A stretch of DNA of 64,000 bases. Source: Diplonema japonicum (taxonomy: Eukaryota; Protista; Euglenozoa: Diplonemea). Within the stretch, counting starts at the first letter, position 1. Every line of letters begins with the position of its first letter. Positions 41,726 through 52,400 of this stretch are shown here, in pieces. The notes below the pieces were generated by a model, which searched no databases, was not told the origin of the DNA, and saw only the letters and a program-made list of their open reading frames with translations. The position numbers and the translations under genes are program-made. The DNA lies in the NCBI GenBank assembly GCA_964019335.1, contig OZ025665.1:434001-498000 (forward strand), written 5' to 3'.

Positions 41726-43364
41726 TCAGCTTGCAGCCTGGTAAGTGTCAATCTTGTCAAGGAAGGTGTTTGGTGTAGATGGATCGAAGTAATCAACGAT
41801 CTCGGGTGGGTAGCATTTGTTGATGAGCTGGATCGCTTCACTGAGTTTCGAGCCGGGCTCCGCTTTAATCTTCTGGAGGGTAGCCAGCCCACGATTAGCC
41901 ACGAACTCCCTCTTGGCACCGATGTCGTTTGGCAGTATCTTAGCGAACTGCCCGCAAACGTACTTCAAGATGTTCTGCGGGGCGTTGTGGTGCAGCAGCG
42001 GCTCCAACGCAGGCAGATGGACACACTTCATCACAATGCTCTTCAGCGACCTCTTCGCCTTCAACTTCAAGTCGTCGGAGGAATCCTTATCGAGGTACGC
42101 ATCAAGGAGTTTCGGCAATATGTTGCAATCAGCAACCGACTTGGCATGCTCTGGTGTGTGGCGGCCGATCTGACCCAAAGACCACGCGGCGGCGGCTCTT
42201 AAGTGGTCTTCTGTCTCTTTCTCAAGAGCGTGTCCCAAAGGTGTGATACCCCTGCTTACAACCACTGCCAAGGCCAAGGTATCCGAGAATGCACTGATAT
42301 ACCCCAACGTCATGATCCCAGGCAGTCTTGCGTTGCCTGTTGTCTCCTGCACATAGTCCACCAGGGCCCCGACACCGCCTGCGTTGACGATGAGCTGTGC
42401 CAGCTCAGGTGTGTGTTTTGCCACCTCTCTTATGCATGTTGCGGCGTTCTTTCTCACCACGTCATCCAAGTCCTTCAGAAGCGAGAATATCTTGGGAAAG
42501 ATCTCCCCTTCTACGACCAGTTCTGCCAGCTCCACGCTGTGCTTTGCAATCTGCGCGAGGCACTGGCACACTTGACGCTTCAGCTTCGCGTCGCTTGATG
42601 TTATCAACGGTGCCAAGTGGTTGATGGCACCGCTGTCCACCACAACCTGCGCCAGTTCAGGAGAGTGCTTTGCGATGTCCGACAGTGTCGACGCCGCGAT
42701 CCTCTTCAGCGTCAGCTCGGGCTCCTGCACGCACAGCACTAGGTAGTGCGTGGCACCATTGTCGACTACGGCCTGTTGTTGTATTTTTTTTCGATGACAG
42801 GCGTTGTGTCACATACCTGTGCTAGGTCTCCGTTGTGTCTTGCGATGTACCCCAAGGCCCATGCGGCGCCCTCCTTCACACCAGGGTCGAATTCTTCAAG
42901 GCATCCTACCAGCTGGTCCACAGCACCAGCATCGACTACCGCCTGTGCAAGTTGCGGAGAATGCTTTGCCACAGAACGCAACACAAAAGCAGCGGACTTC
43001 TTGTAATACCTATTCTGCTCCGAGAGCGAGTACACCTTGTGATGGCGTTGTTGGTTGATATCAGGCATACCAGCTGCTGCAGGATGTCCTGCTGCACCAC
43101 TTGCTCTGCGAGCTCGTCGTTGTAAGACGCAAGCCTGTTGGCGGTGCGTGTGGCACTTCATGCATACCTCCCAAGTGCCAGTGCGGCCGACTGCTGGATG
43201 CTCTCCACGTTATCTAACAGTAGCGGTCTCAGCAAGGCCATCACCCCTGCACTTTGCAGTGCCACGATTTGCTGCGGCCGTGTCGCCAGCTCTGCCGCTG
43301 TCTGTACAAATTTCACGCGCGCCCGCTGATACTCCTCAAACTCCTGCATCATTTGCCTCGTCAT
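41726..43364 (-). CDS. PF16: axonemal central-pair armadillo protein PF16/SPAG6; introns 43135-43167, 43036-43070, 42773-42816
   Basis: FEEYQRARVKFVQTAAELATRPQ and ARM repeats. Three short GT-AG introns restore the conserved sequence. Confidence 0.95.
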
Positions 43365-43463
43365 CTTCTCCGCTTCTCCTGGTGCTGGTTAGCAACGTAT
43401 GGCGAGAACGAAAAAAAGAAGAACATAAAAAAGAAAACTATAACACGAAGTACAAAAATAAAG

Positions 43464-46220
43464 CTAGTCCCAGTCGTCCCATTTTCCTTGCTTGTCATCA
43501 TGACGGTCTACGGTGTCCCATGTGTCGGAGCCTGACTTGATTGAGGCCTCTGTGCAGAGAGGGTCGGTTTCTTTTAGGGCCCAGCCACCCGCTTCCCACG
43601 TTGCTGAGGAGGTTGTGTTGTCTGGCTCGTCACCTTCGGTGTTGTCTTGGGGGCTGCTGAGCTGGGTCGGCAGGACGGTGTTTTTCTTCATGGTGAGGAA
43701 GAGTTCATCTGTGTCAGTGTCGTGGTTAGAGTCGTCTTCTGGCGGAGGGGTTGTAGACCGTGAAGGGAACTCGGAAGGTTTAGAGAAAGACGTCGTAGAC
43801 AAGGGGAGGATGGGGATGTCGTCAAACGCATCGACTGCCTCCTTCGAGTTCAGGATGCCTTGAAGGCTGCTGCGAGGCGTATACGCATAGACCGACTCTG
43901 AATGGGGCGTGGGGACGGATTCCATGTCCATGCCTGTTGCATACGACACGGCGGTGGGGCTGTTGTCATTGCTGTTGCTATTGCTATTACTGTAGTCCTT
44001 GCTCCCGGTGTCGAAGAAGGGCATCGACCGCCGCCTGCCATGCAGTGGTACCGACGACGACAAGCTCATCTCCTCTGCTTCCAACGACAACCGCCTCCTC
44101 CCATGTCTCGGGGAGTGCCCCACCTCCTCTTGCACCTCGTCGACGATCTCCTCTTCTACCTTTTCTTCTTCTTCCTCAACCCAGTCCTCTGCATCCCCTT
44201 CTTTTAGAAGTCCAATTTTATGCGCGTGCTTCACTAAACTTGTCAGGAAGCCGTCGTTGCCCACAAACACCACAGGGCGTGCTTCGTACACTTCCTTGAT
44301 CGCCGTCAGCAGCCCCACCCTGTGGATGCACATGATGTACGCTGCAACCAGCACTGCACTCCTGTTGACGCCTTGAAAGCAGTGCACCAGGCATGGCGTG
44401 TCGTCAATGAAGGACACCACCGCAGGGAGGTCGCGCAGGATGGGGTAGCTCGGATCGTCCTCTGCGGCGATCTCAAGGTACTCTATGCCCGACCCGAAGT
44501 ACGTGTCGCGTGACGTCCTCGACTGTGCAGGGGCCAGGTTTACCACCTTTTTGATCCCTCGCGAGGTGAGGTCGCCGACACGCTTCGCCACCTTGGAGTC
44601 TCCAAGGAACAGTCCAGGCCGTATCTCCGCCGGCTTCGAAAGTCCCTTTGCACCATAGTTCGGAGCTGTCGTCAACTTGATGTGGTCCACCCACCGCTGC
44701 ACCTCTTCGCTCGACAAGCTATTGTCCGCTTCCTCCTGGATGCTGACTGCCCCTGTGCTCCTCGGTGTCGGTGTTGGCGACTGATGGAAGCTCCCCCTGA
44801 ACCCCGTGCTGCTTAAGGTTGCAGACTTGGGCGTGTTCCCCGGCATGGCATCGGGGATGGACTCCGTCTCAGGTATCACCACGTGGGGAACAGGGACCAT
44901 TGCAGCCTTCACAGAGGGTGTATTCTCCTGCTCCTGCATAAGGTTCCGCCACTTGGATAACAGTGTGGTACCTGAGCCAACACTCCCGCTGCCTTGCGGC
45001 GTCACGCCAGTCGCTTCGGACGGCTCTGTCTGCGGCGCCTCCGAGTGACTCACAGAAGGTGACGGCGATGCATACGCCAAGGTTAGCTGCGTGGGGGACA
45101 GAGGCTTGGGCTTGAAGGCTTGCAGTGTGCTTAGACGCCGTTCACTCGCAACGAGCATCACTTGCGGCGACACTGGCGCACGGGGCGTGGCTGGAAGGGA
45201 ACTTTCGGAGGGCACACGATCGGCAGGCACCACAGTGACGACAGGCGTGGCGGGCTGTTTCTTGAGGGTTTCGATGGTCATCTCGAGGTTGTGTATCTTC
45301 TCTTTCATCGCCTCGAACTCATGTTTGGACGCGTGGCCGTACTCCTGTGGGGCTGCTGCTTCATCTTCAACGTCGAGCAGCGAAAGGTCGCCGTCGCTAA
45401 CGGGCAATGACGTTCCGGGGGGCAGGGACAGGGGTGGGGGCACGATACGCAAAGCACGTCCCTTGCGGAACATCCGTTTGGTAACGGGAGGGGCGGCCAC
45501 GTTGTTAATGACACGAACCCCTCTGACTGTCATAGGGAGGCCTGTACCGAGCCCGAAAGGACCTTCAGAAACCTTGATCGGCGCAAAGGAAGGCTGATAC
45601 CCACACGGCAGGGAACAAGACGCCTCCAGCACACTGTTCACATACAAACAGACCCTGTCCCGCGACACAGTAGCGTGCAGAGCAGTCCAGCGGTGTGAGG
45701 TTGCAGGAGTGGTGGACTCGACAACGACCCATGCAGTGCCTGTACCAAGACGGAAGGTGAAGTGCGATGTACTGAGCTGAGTGATGACCTCGATAGACCA
45801 CCCGTCCCACCACCCATCGGTGCTGCACAATACGTACTGTCGTTTGGGAGAGAACACCGTTTGTGGTAGCTTCCTAATAAACACATCAAGTCCCGTAGTG
45901 AAGCCAGTGAGGGGCACGTCGGGGAGGGTCGATAGAGTGACACCTGTGACGCCGTTTGTTGTGATTCTTTGCAGCATGGTGACTTCCCCTTCGCAGTTTT
46001 TGGAGAGCTCGGAAGCCAGCCAGCCCACGTTGCACACTTTACAGCTGCCGTCCTGCCTTTTGAGGAACACCCTTCTCTTCCCTCTGTACTCCTTTACGTC
46101 CACCTCCACCCTTTCTCGCATCACATCGTCGAGGAGCAGCTGTTCAAAAGGTGTCAACCTTATAGTCCTTGCGTTATTCACAGCACGTTTCAGCTTCTTT
46201 AATACGCTCCATTCTTCCAT
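43464..46220 (-). CDS. dual-specificity phosphatase with N-terminal ConA/LamG-like domain
   Basis: PAEIRPGLFLGD, AEDD and VHCFQGVNRS..AY motifs. The upstream RWTALHATV..VCLYVN resembles a LamG strand pattern. Likely ATG at 46220. Confidence 0.85.
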   Translation of the reverse strand: MEEWSVLKKLKRAVNNARTIRLTPFEQLLLDDVMRERVEVDVKEYRGKRRVFLKRQDGSCKVCNVGWLASELSKNCEGEVTMLQRITTNGVTGVTLSTLPDVPLTGFTTGLDVFIRKLPQTVFSPKRQYVLCSTDGWWDGWSIEVITQLSTSHFTFRLGTGTAWVVVESTTPATSHRWTALHATVSRDRVCLYVNSVLEASCSLPCGYQPSFAPIKVSEGPFGLGTGLPMTVRGVRVINNVAAPPVTKRMFRKGRALRIVPPPLSLPPGTSLPVSDGDLSLLDVEDEAAAPQEYGHASKHEFEAMKEKIHNLEMTIETLKKQPATPVVTVVPADRVPSESSLPATPRAPVSPQVMLVASERRLSTLQAFKPKPLSPTQLTLAYASPSPSVSHSEAPQTEPSEATGVTPQGSGSVGSGTTLLSKWRNLMQEQENTPSVKAAMVPVPHVVIPETESIPDAMPGNTPKSATLSSTGFRGSFHQSPTPTPRSTGAVSIQEEADNSLSSEEVQRWVDHIKLTTAPNYGAKGLSKPAEIRPGLFLGDSKVAKRVGDLTSRGIKKVVNLAPAQSRTSRDTYFGSGIEYLEIAAEDDPSYPILRDLPAVVSFIDDTPCLVHCFQGVNRSAVLVAAYIMCIHRVGLLTAIKEVYEARPVVFVGNDGFLTSLVKHAHKIGLLKEGDAEDWVEEEEEKVEEEIVDEVQEEVGHSPRHGRRRLSLEAEEMSLSSSVPLHGRRRSMPFFDTGSKDYSNSNSNSNDNSPTAVSYATGMDMESVPTPHSESVYAYTPRSSLQGILNSKEAVDAFDDIPILPLSTTSFSKPSEFPSRSTTPPPEDDSNHDTDTDELFLTMKKNTVLPTQLSSPQDNTEGDEPDNTTSSATWEAGGWALKETDPLCTEASIKSGSDTWDTVDRHDDKQGKWDDWD

Positions 46221-46567
46221 TTTTTTGACATTTGTGTGCGATCTGGGGGCATGGTGGATTACGGCGATTGTAGGAGAGGGTGGGAGGGGGACCAATAAGA
46301 TGGTGGAAGGGAAGAAAATAGGGGGGAGTATTAAAAACCATAAAGAGAGAAGGAACGGGGGGAAGAAAAAAAAAAGGAGGGGGAAGGTGAAGGTGGGGGA
46401 TCAGGGTTCGGATTTTACAAAAAAAAAAGGGTCTTTTTTTTTCTCTTTTTCCTTTTTTTTGAAGGCCAAAAAAAACCCCCCCTTATCTTTGAACGGTGTC
46501 CACCTGTCCCTGGGGGGGGGGGGGGGGGTATAATTCAATAGGCCATTGTGTGTGTAAAATGTAGGAA

Positions 46568-46604
<37 letters not shown>

Positions 46605-48119
46605 AGCAATGAAGTGTATTGGATTGGTATAAGCGGCAGATAATGAAGAACTTTTATTCTACTCCCCCCCCCCCATATGGCAGCGGTAGAAAGAGGGGGG
46701 TAGGGGGGGGGGGGGATTTCCAAAGTTAGAGCCGAGAATCAAGCAAAACAAAAAAGAGGTGGGGGGAAAAAAAAATATCAAGCCCCTACAAGGGCCTCGC
46801 AAATCATTTTTTGGGCGGTTGGTAAAGTGGCTTGGTGGGAAAAAAAAAAAAAAGAAATAGTGAAACGACATCATTTTTTTTTGGCTATGACGTTGCTTTC
46901 ATCTGCTACCTGTGCTGCTTATAATAGCAACTGTGAGAAGGCAAAAATGCATTGTTCCCTCTCACTTTGACTCGCACAATGGGAGGTGCATCACACCCCC
47001 CCCCAAAAAAAAATAAGAGGATTTCTCCCTTTTTTAAAAGGAAAAATCCTCTTTTTTTTTTTTTTCTCCTTGTTCTTTTTTTTTTTTTTTTGTTTTGTTT
47101 GCCCTAATGTATCCAAAAAAAAAGGGGCGAAGCATTCTTTTTTTTTTTTTTTTTTTTTTTTACTCCCTCCCCTGCAAGCTACTAATATCTTTTTTTTTTT
47201 TTTTTTTTTTTTTGAATTTGGTTGTGGGAAGAAGTAGTACTTGGGTCACAAATGTAATTAGGCCCAAATGTGTGTTTGTTTGCTTTGTAAGTCTATCATG
47301 CTACTAGGAAAGGAAGGCAACTTTTATTACATGCTTTTCTTAAATGGCCAGGAAGATATGAATACTGTCAATTTTATTTTATTTTATTTTTCAGCTTTGT
47401 TTTTGTTGTACTCACGTATGCGTCTGCGAAAATCTTGAAATATTTTCTTTTTTTTTTTCGTACATTTTTTTTGCCCCCCCTCCCCAAGATCCTCGGTTTT
47501 CAAAAAAATAGCCCATCCGGGTCTGGATGGTTAAGAGCTTTACAACCCGTATGGGTGCGAAATCCGACTTTAGAAAAAAAAAGGAGGTAAGGTAGTAAGA
47601 CATTCCCATTAGAGGGGTAGCCTTAAAAAAAAAAAAAAAAAAGGAAAGGGGAAGGGGGGCGAGGGTGTTGCCAAGCAACAAAACTGTTGTAGGAAGTCGC
47701 AGGTACTCCCCCCGTTTTTTTTTTTTTTTTCTTTTTTTTCCCTTCCGGTTTTCTTGCGGGCGAAAAAAAAAAATCTTTTTTTTTGGTAGAGTGTTTAACA
47801 GACCCTAAGCTTAAGAAACACTCAAAACACCTTAAGAGGTTGATATGAGCATTTTCTCAGGGGCAGTATTCTCTTTTTTTTGTTTTTCTTTTCTTTTTTT
47901 TTTCTTTTTTTTTTTTTTTTTTTTTGCAAATGGTAGGGAAGCTGTTTTTTTTTTTTTACAATCTCGTTGGGGGGGAGGGGGAGGAGAAACGTTTGAAGAA
48001 ATGAAAAAAAAAAAAATGAAAAAAAAATCCTCTTTGTAAAAAAAAGAATTTTCTTTCTTCCAAAACAACAACAACAAAAAAAAAAAAAAAAAAACTCTCC
48101 CTTTTACTCGCACAGATCT

Positions 48120-48572
48120 TTAAAAGCAAGCAAAACAGCAGTACGGAATTCCTGTGGGTGAAGTGTTCCCCCCTCCCCCCTTTTTTTTAAAACACACGGG
48201 AGAGGACTGCCCCAACCATTCAGACAGATCTATGACGCCGTCCTTGTTGGTGTCGTAGGCTTCAAATATCATATCGATCTCTGCCTTTGACGAGTCCAGC
48301 CCAAGTTCATGTAGCGCAGCACCGATTTCCTCTCTATCTAGAACTCCGTTGCAGTCGAGGTCATACTGGGCAAATGCTGTTTTCAATATTGCCATCTCAG
48401 TTTCCCAGGAGTACTCTGTTCTTGCCATGTAATCTTGGCCGGTGCCCCAGTCCCCTGCTTCAAGCCTGCTATGCTCGACTATGTCGCCCCACGTCGAGCG
48501 CACCGGAGCAGCAGTTGCCACGCTATATCTCGGAACAGACCTCGCAAGCCTTGTCAAAGATCTTTTGAGCAT
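48120..48572 (-). CDS. EF-hand protein with likely mitochondrial presequence; 3' end uncertain (candidate intron 48152-48197)
   Basis: MLKRSLTRLARS N-terminus and EF loops DLDCNGVLDREE and DTNKDGVIDLSE. Confidence 0.75.
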   Translation of the reverse strand: MLKRSLTRLARSVPRYSVATAAPVRSTWGDIVEHSRLEAGDWGTGQDYMARTEYSWETEMAILKTAFAQYDLDCNGVLDREEIGAALHELGLDSSKAEIDMIFEAYDTNKDGVIDLSEWLGQSSPVCFKKKGGGGNTSPTGIPYCCFACF

Positions 48573-48675
48573 TTTTTTTTTTTTTTTTTTTTGTTTTTTT
48601 TTTCCCTAATGCTGTAAGAAATAAGATCCAGGTGGGGAAGATGGGGGGGATTTTTTTTTTTTTATATTTATCTCT

Positions 48676-49310
48676 TCAAGAACTCAACGAAGAAAACGAC
48701 CTCACAGTGCCCAACGAAGAAGATGATGCCGCAGACGAGGACGACGTGGATCGTCGGCGTTTTTTCTTCTTGTCTTTTTTCTTCAGTTCTTTTTTCTCTC
48801 GCTTCTTCTCCTTCTTCTTCTCCTTCTTCTCTTTTTTCCGGAGCCGTTTTGCCTCCCTCTCCAACTCTTCCTCCTCTTTCTCCCGCCTGCGTTTTTTCTG
48901 AGCTTTTGTCAATGGGCGTGGTTCTTCGCACTGCCTGCCAAAGCAGGCTTTGTTCTTTGCGTAGTTGCTTCTGCCACACGCCGGGCACCGCCAGTCACCT
49001 GGTTTCGGCTCTCTTCGCACCTTTTTTTAATTTTTTTTTTTTGTAAAAGAGACAGCCAAACCTTTTGTGGCGCTTCTCTGTCCTCTCTCTCGATCTCTCT
49101 TCTCTCTCTTTCGTCGGCTTCGTGTTTCATCCTCTTTGCATGGTCCTCTAGCCTCCTTTCCACCTCCCTTGCCTTTTGTTCCTGCTGTTGCTGCAGCAAC
49201 CCATTCACTTCCGTTTTTGTAGCAACGGAGAAACCTCCTTGCTGGACCGGCACGACAGAACGGCTGCCAGTGCTGCCCCCTAGCCGTTTGGGCTGTTGAT
49301 CATCAGACAT
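48676..49310 (-). CDS. RanBP2-type zinc-finger, Lys/Ser-rich protein; intron 49021-49061
   Basis: KPGDWRCPACGRSNYAKNKACFGRQC. A GTTTGG..AAG intron joins the two ORFs in phase 0. Confidence 0.8.
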
Positions 49311-49428
49311 TTGTCCTTTTTTTTTTTTTTTTTTTTTTTTTTTCCCCGGCGGGAAGGGTGGATCAATAAAAGAGTGGTGGACGGAAGAAACATTACAATT
49401 TTTTTTCTTGGTTCCTCCCTGTTGCTGG

Positions 49429-52400
49429 TCAGGCTTTCAACTGGTGTATCCCTTTCAGCTCCCGTTGCTCGAAGGATGTCAGCTGTCGGCTTGTCTGGGC
49501 AACCATACTCTCCGCGGTGAGGGGGCTGAACTCGTCGAACATTCTAAAAAGAAAAAAAAAAAAGTTTTTTTTTTTTTTGCCCTTCTTTTTTAAAAATCCA
49601 AAAACAAACCTCAAAGCATACTGCTGCAAAGGGTCCAACAGCTCGGCAAGATCGTGTTGTTCCTGCATTGGTTCCTCCTCAGCATCTTCGCCATTGGCAG
49701 CGTTCAACTCAGCACGGACTCTGAGAAAAAAAAAAAGAAAATGGGGCTTTGGTTGCAACACTATTTGGCGTTAAGTGTGCAGCGTGGTGGGGGGTCTATC
49801 TTGTGTTGTTACCCTTCTGCGTCGCTGCATTTTTATCGGCAGATGGGGTGGGGATACTTCGGGTAGGTTCGAGGTAGGTCGGCACGAACTTGTCGCTCCA
49901 GTCGTCTCTCCCCGGTGAACCGGTTGCGAGTCGCTGTTCGAGGATGAAGCGCACCTTGTCGTACGATGCGAATGTGGGTCTGCAGGTATACCCTCGGATC
50001 CGTTTGTTTGCACCAATGGATCGGAGGGAGGATGTCAAGAAAGGTTTCCCGGGGATAGGAGGGGGTCGTGCTTTCTTTTCGGCCACCTCTGACAGTTTTG
50101 TCAGAACTTTAGCTAGCCGGTTTGCACGCTTACGTACGTCAGCCGTATCTTCCAAGATGAGCTGTTTGGTCGTGGCCTCAAAGTCGAGTGCGAGCTCTAT
50201 CCTTGAGACTGAACCATGTGGGCTCCACTGCAGCATGCGAAGCCATTTGAGCACTTCTGGGACAATCGTATCCCCTTGGAAGTGTTTCAGTCCGTTGTTC
50301 TTGTACCAATCCAGGCTTGGCACCGAGCACCCTCTTCCAACCAGCGGTCTGTTCCAAGGGAACCTTTCTACCGCGGCCTTCTTCGTTTCCTGCTTCGCGC
50401 TCACTCTCCTGATGATCGCAAGCAGCATCTGTTGTATTACCTCTGGCCGTTCCGTCTTACATTCCAGAGGGATGATGCCGTGTAGTGCAAGGCAGCGTGT
50501 GATCCCCTCTTGCCTGTATGCATGCATTGCAGGGGCGAACTCAGGTGCACCGCGTACCTCTTCGTGTGCCTTGCATTTCCAGAACGTGTGTATGGTGTAC
50601 TCGTCTTGCGTGGTGAAGAGCGCCTCACACCCAATACATTGTACCTCTGGTTCGACGATCGGGTAGCTGCGGAACATGGCACCCGTGATCATCCTCAAGC
50701 CAAGTCGTTCCTCTTGCACGGACCTGGCACTCTTCCACACCTCGTTAGTGCGGACTTCGTCAATTGCGCGGCCGACACCAATAAAGGAGGGTCTGCCTTT
50801 GGCAACTGCGTTCCTTCTGATCGCTTTCGTCACTCGCCGTATCTCATGACCTCTGGCAGCTTTATGCACGCCCAAGAGGGCCCTGGCCCAAGGCCATCCG
50901 AGCTTGGCTGGTTCCAGAAGACGCAGGAGTGTTCCTATGGGACCAGCGGACCTCATATTCTTCGTGTACTTCTTCCGGATCTTTCTTGCACGCTTTCGTA
51001 TTCTTCGATTTTCCGCTAGCCTCAGGACGGTGCCCGCCGTCTTGTAGGCAAAGGCAGCAAGAGGGTCGTGTGTGTGGCCCGGTAGTGCGATGTTCAAGAG
51101 CGCGCCCGATGAGCGCGTGGTGTTGTACGGACCCCACAGACAATCTGTTACAGCGATCCTAAGGGCGTCGATCTTCGCGTTTGACGGTGGGGCATATGGC
51201 GCACCGTATAAGGCAGCGGGTAGAATAGATTGGCTCACGATGAGGGCTTTCTTTGTAAAGGGTAGTTGTAACGCGGCCAGTCTCTTGGCTGTCTCGACCG
51301 CTTTCTCCACCCTCTTGTTGTCAGCCCTACCTTTCCTTTCCATTGACAGAGTGACTCCAAGGATCTTCACCTTCTTCTTCGTAGCAAACGTAAATCCACC
51401 CTGTCGTAGAGTTGACGTATACTTCTTCACGGTGCTGAAAGCAAGCGTCTTCTCGTGGTTCAGAGCCATCCCTGTGATTTTACAGAACTCGGATACTCTA
51501 TCAACAGCTCGCTGTACGTGTCGTTCTGACTTCCTGCTGTACATCGTCACATCATCGGCGTATGAGGTAGTTTTTGCCTTCGTCAAGTGTCCGATTTCTT
51601 TGACCATGATCGACAGCAGTGCGTTGATCAGAACGGCCGACAGCGGGCACCCCTGGAGGATTCCATTGTCCACGTGTAGCACCTCGCCTACCCCAAGCGG
51701 TAGTTTTAGTCGGCGTTGCAGATTCTCATACACGTATCGCATCGGACGGGTGATGGATACGCTCAGGCCAAGGTCCTCTACTAACGAAAGGGCAATCTCC
51801 TGCGGAACTCGATCAAAGCACTTTTGGAAGTCCAGCGCTAAGCCATACAGTGGCCTCCCACCTAGGAGTGCATCCTCTACCATTGTCGATATGTCCATGA
51901 GGACATGGTCAGCTCCGTGTTTGGGCCTGAAGCCGTGCATGGTGGGATCGATCCATTTCTCCTGCCATTCGAGAACATGTTTGAGTCGGACACAGGCCCA
52001 CAGGCGGTAAATCACACTGGTGACGGTGATCGGTCGATGGTCAAGCGGTTGGCCTGTACCATTTTTCGGGAGCATCGAGATCAACGCAGTCATCACAGTG
52101 TCGGGCCAACGACCCTGTAGCTCAATAGCATTGAAAAGGTCCGCGAATGAGCCAAGAACATCGTCCGGCAGACAATGGAGCTCAGCAAAGCGCCACCCGT
52201 CAACAGCACACGCAGTCTTCTTCTTCGTTCTCGCGAGGACTACGCGCAAGTCCTGCACCGTAATCAGAGGACATGTCATTTCGGTGCGTTTGATGAACTG
52301 TCCGTAGGTCGCTTTGAATTTCTTGTACGACGGCTTGGTCTCTCCGTTTCCGAAGAGGCAGAAAACTTTCGCCCAATGCTGCTCCAAGGTCCTCAACATT

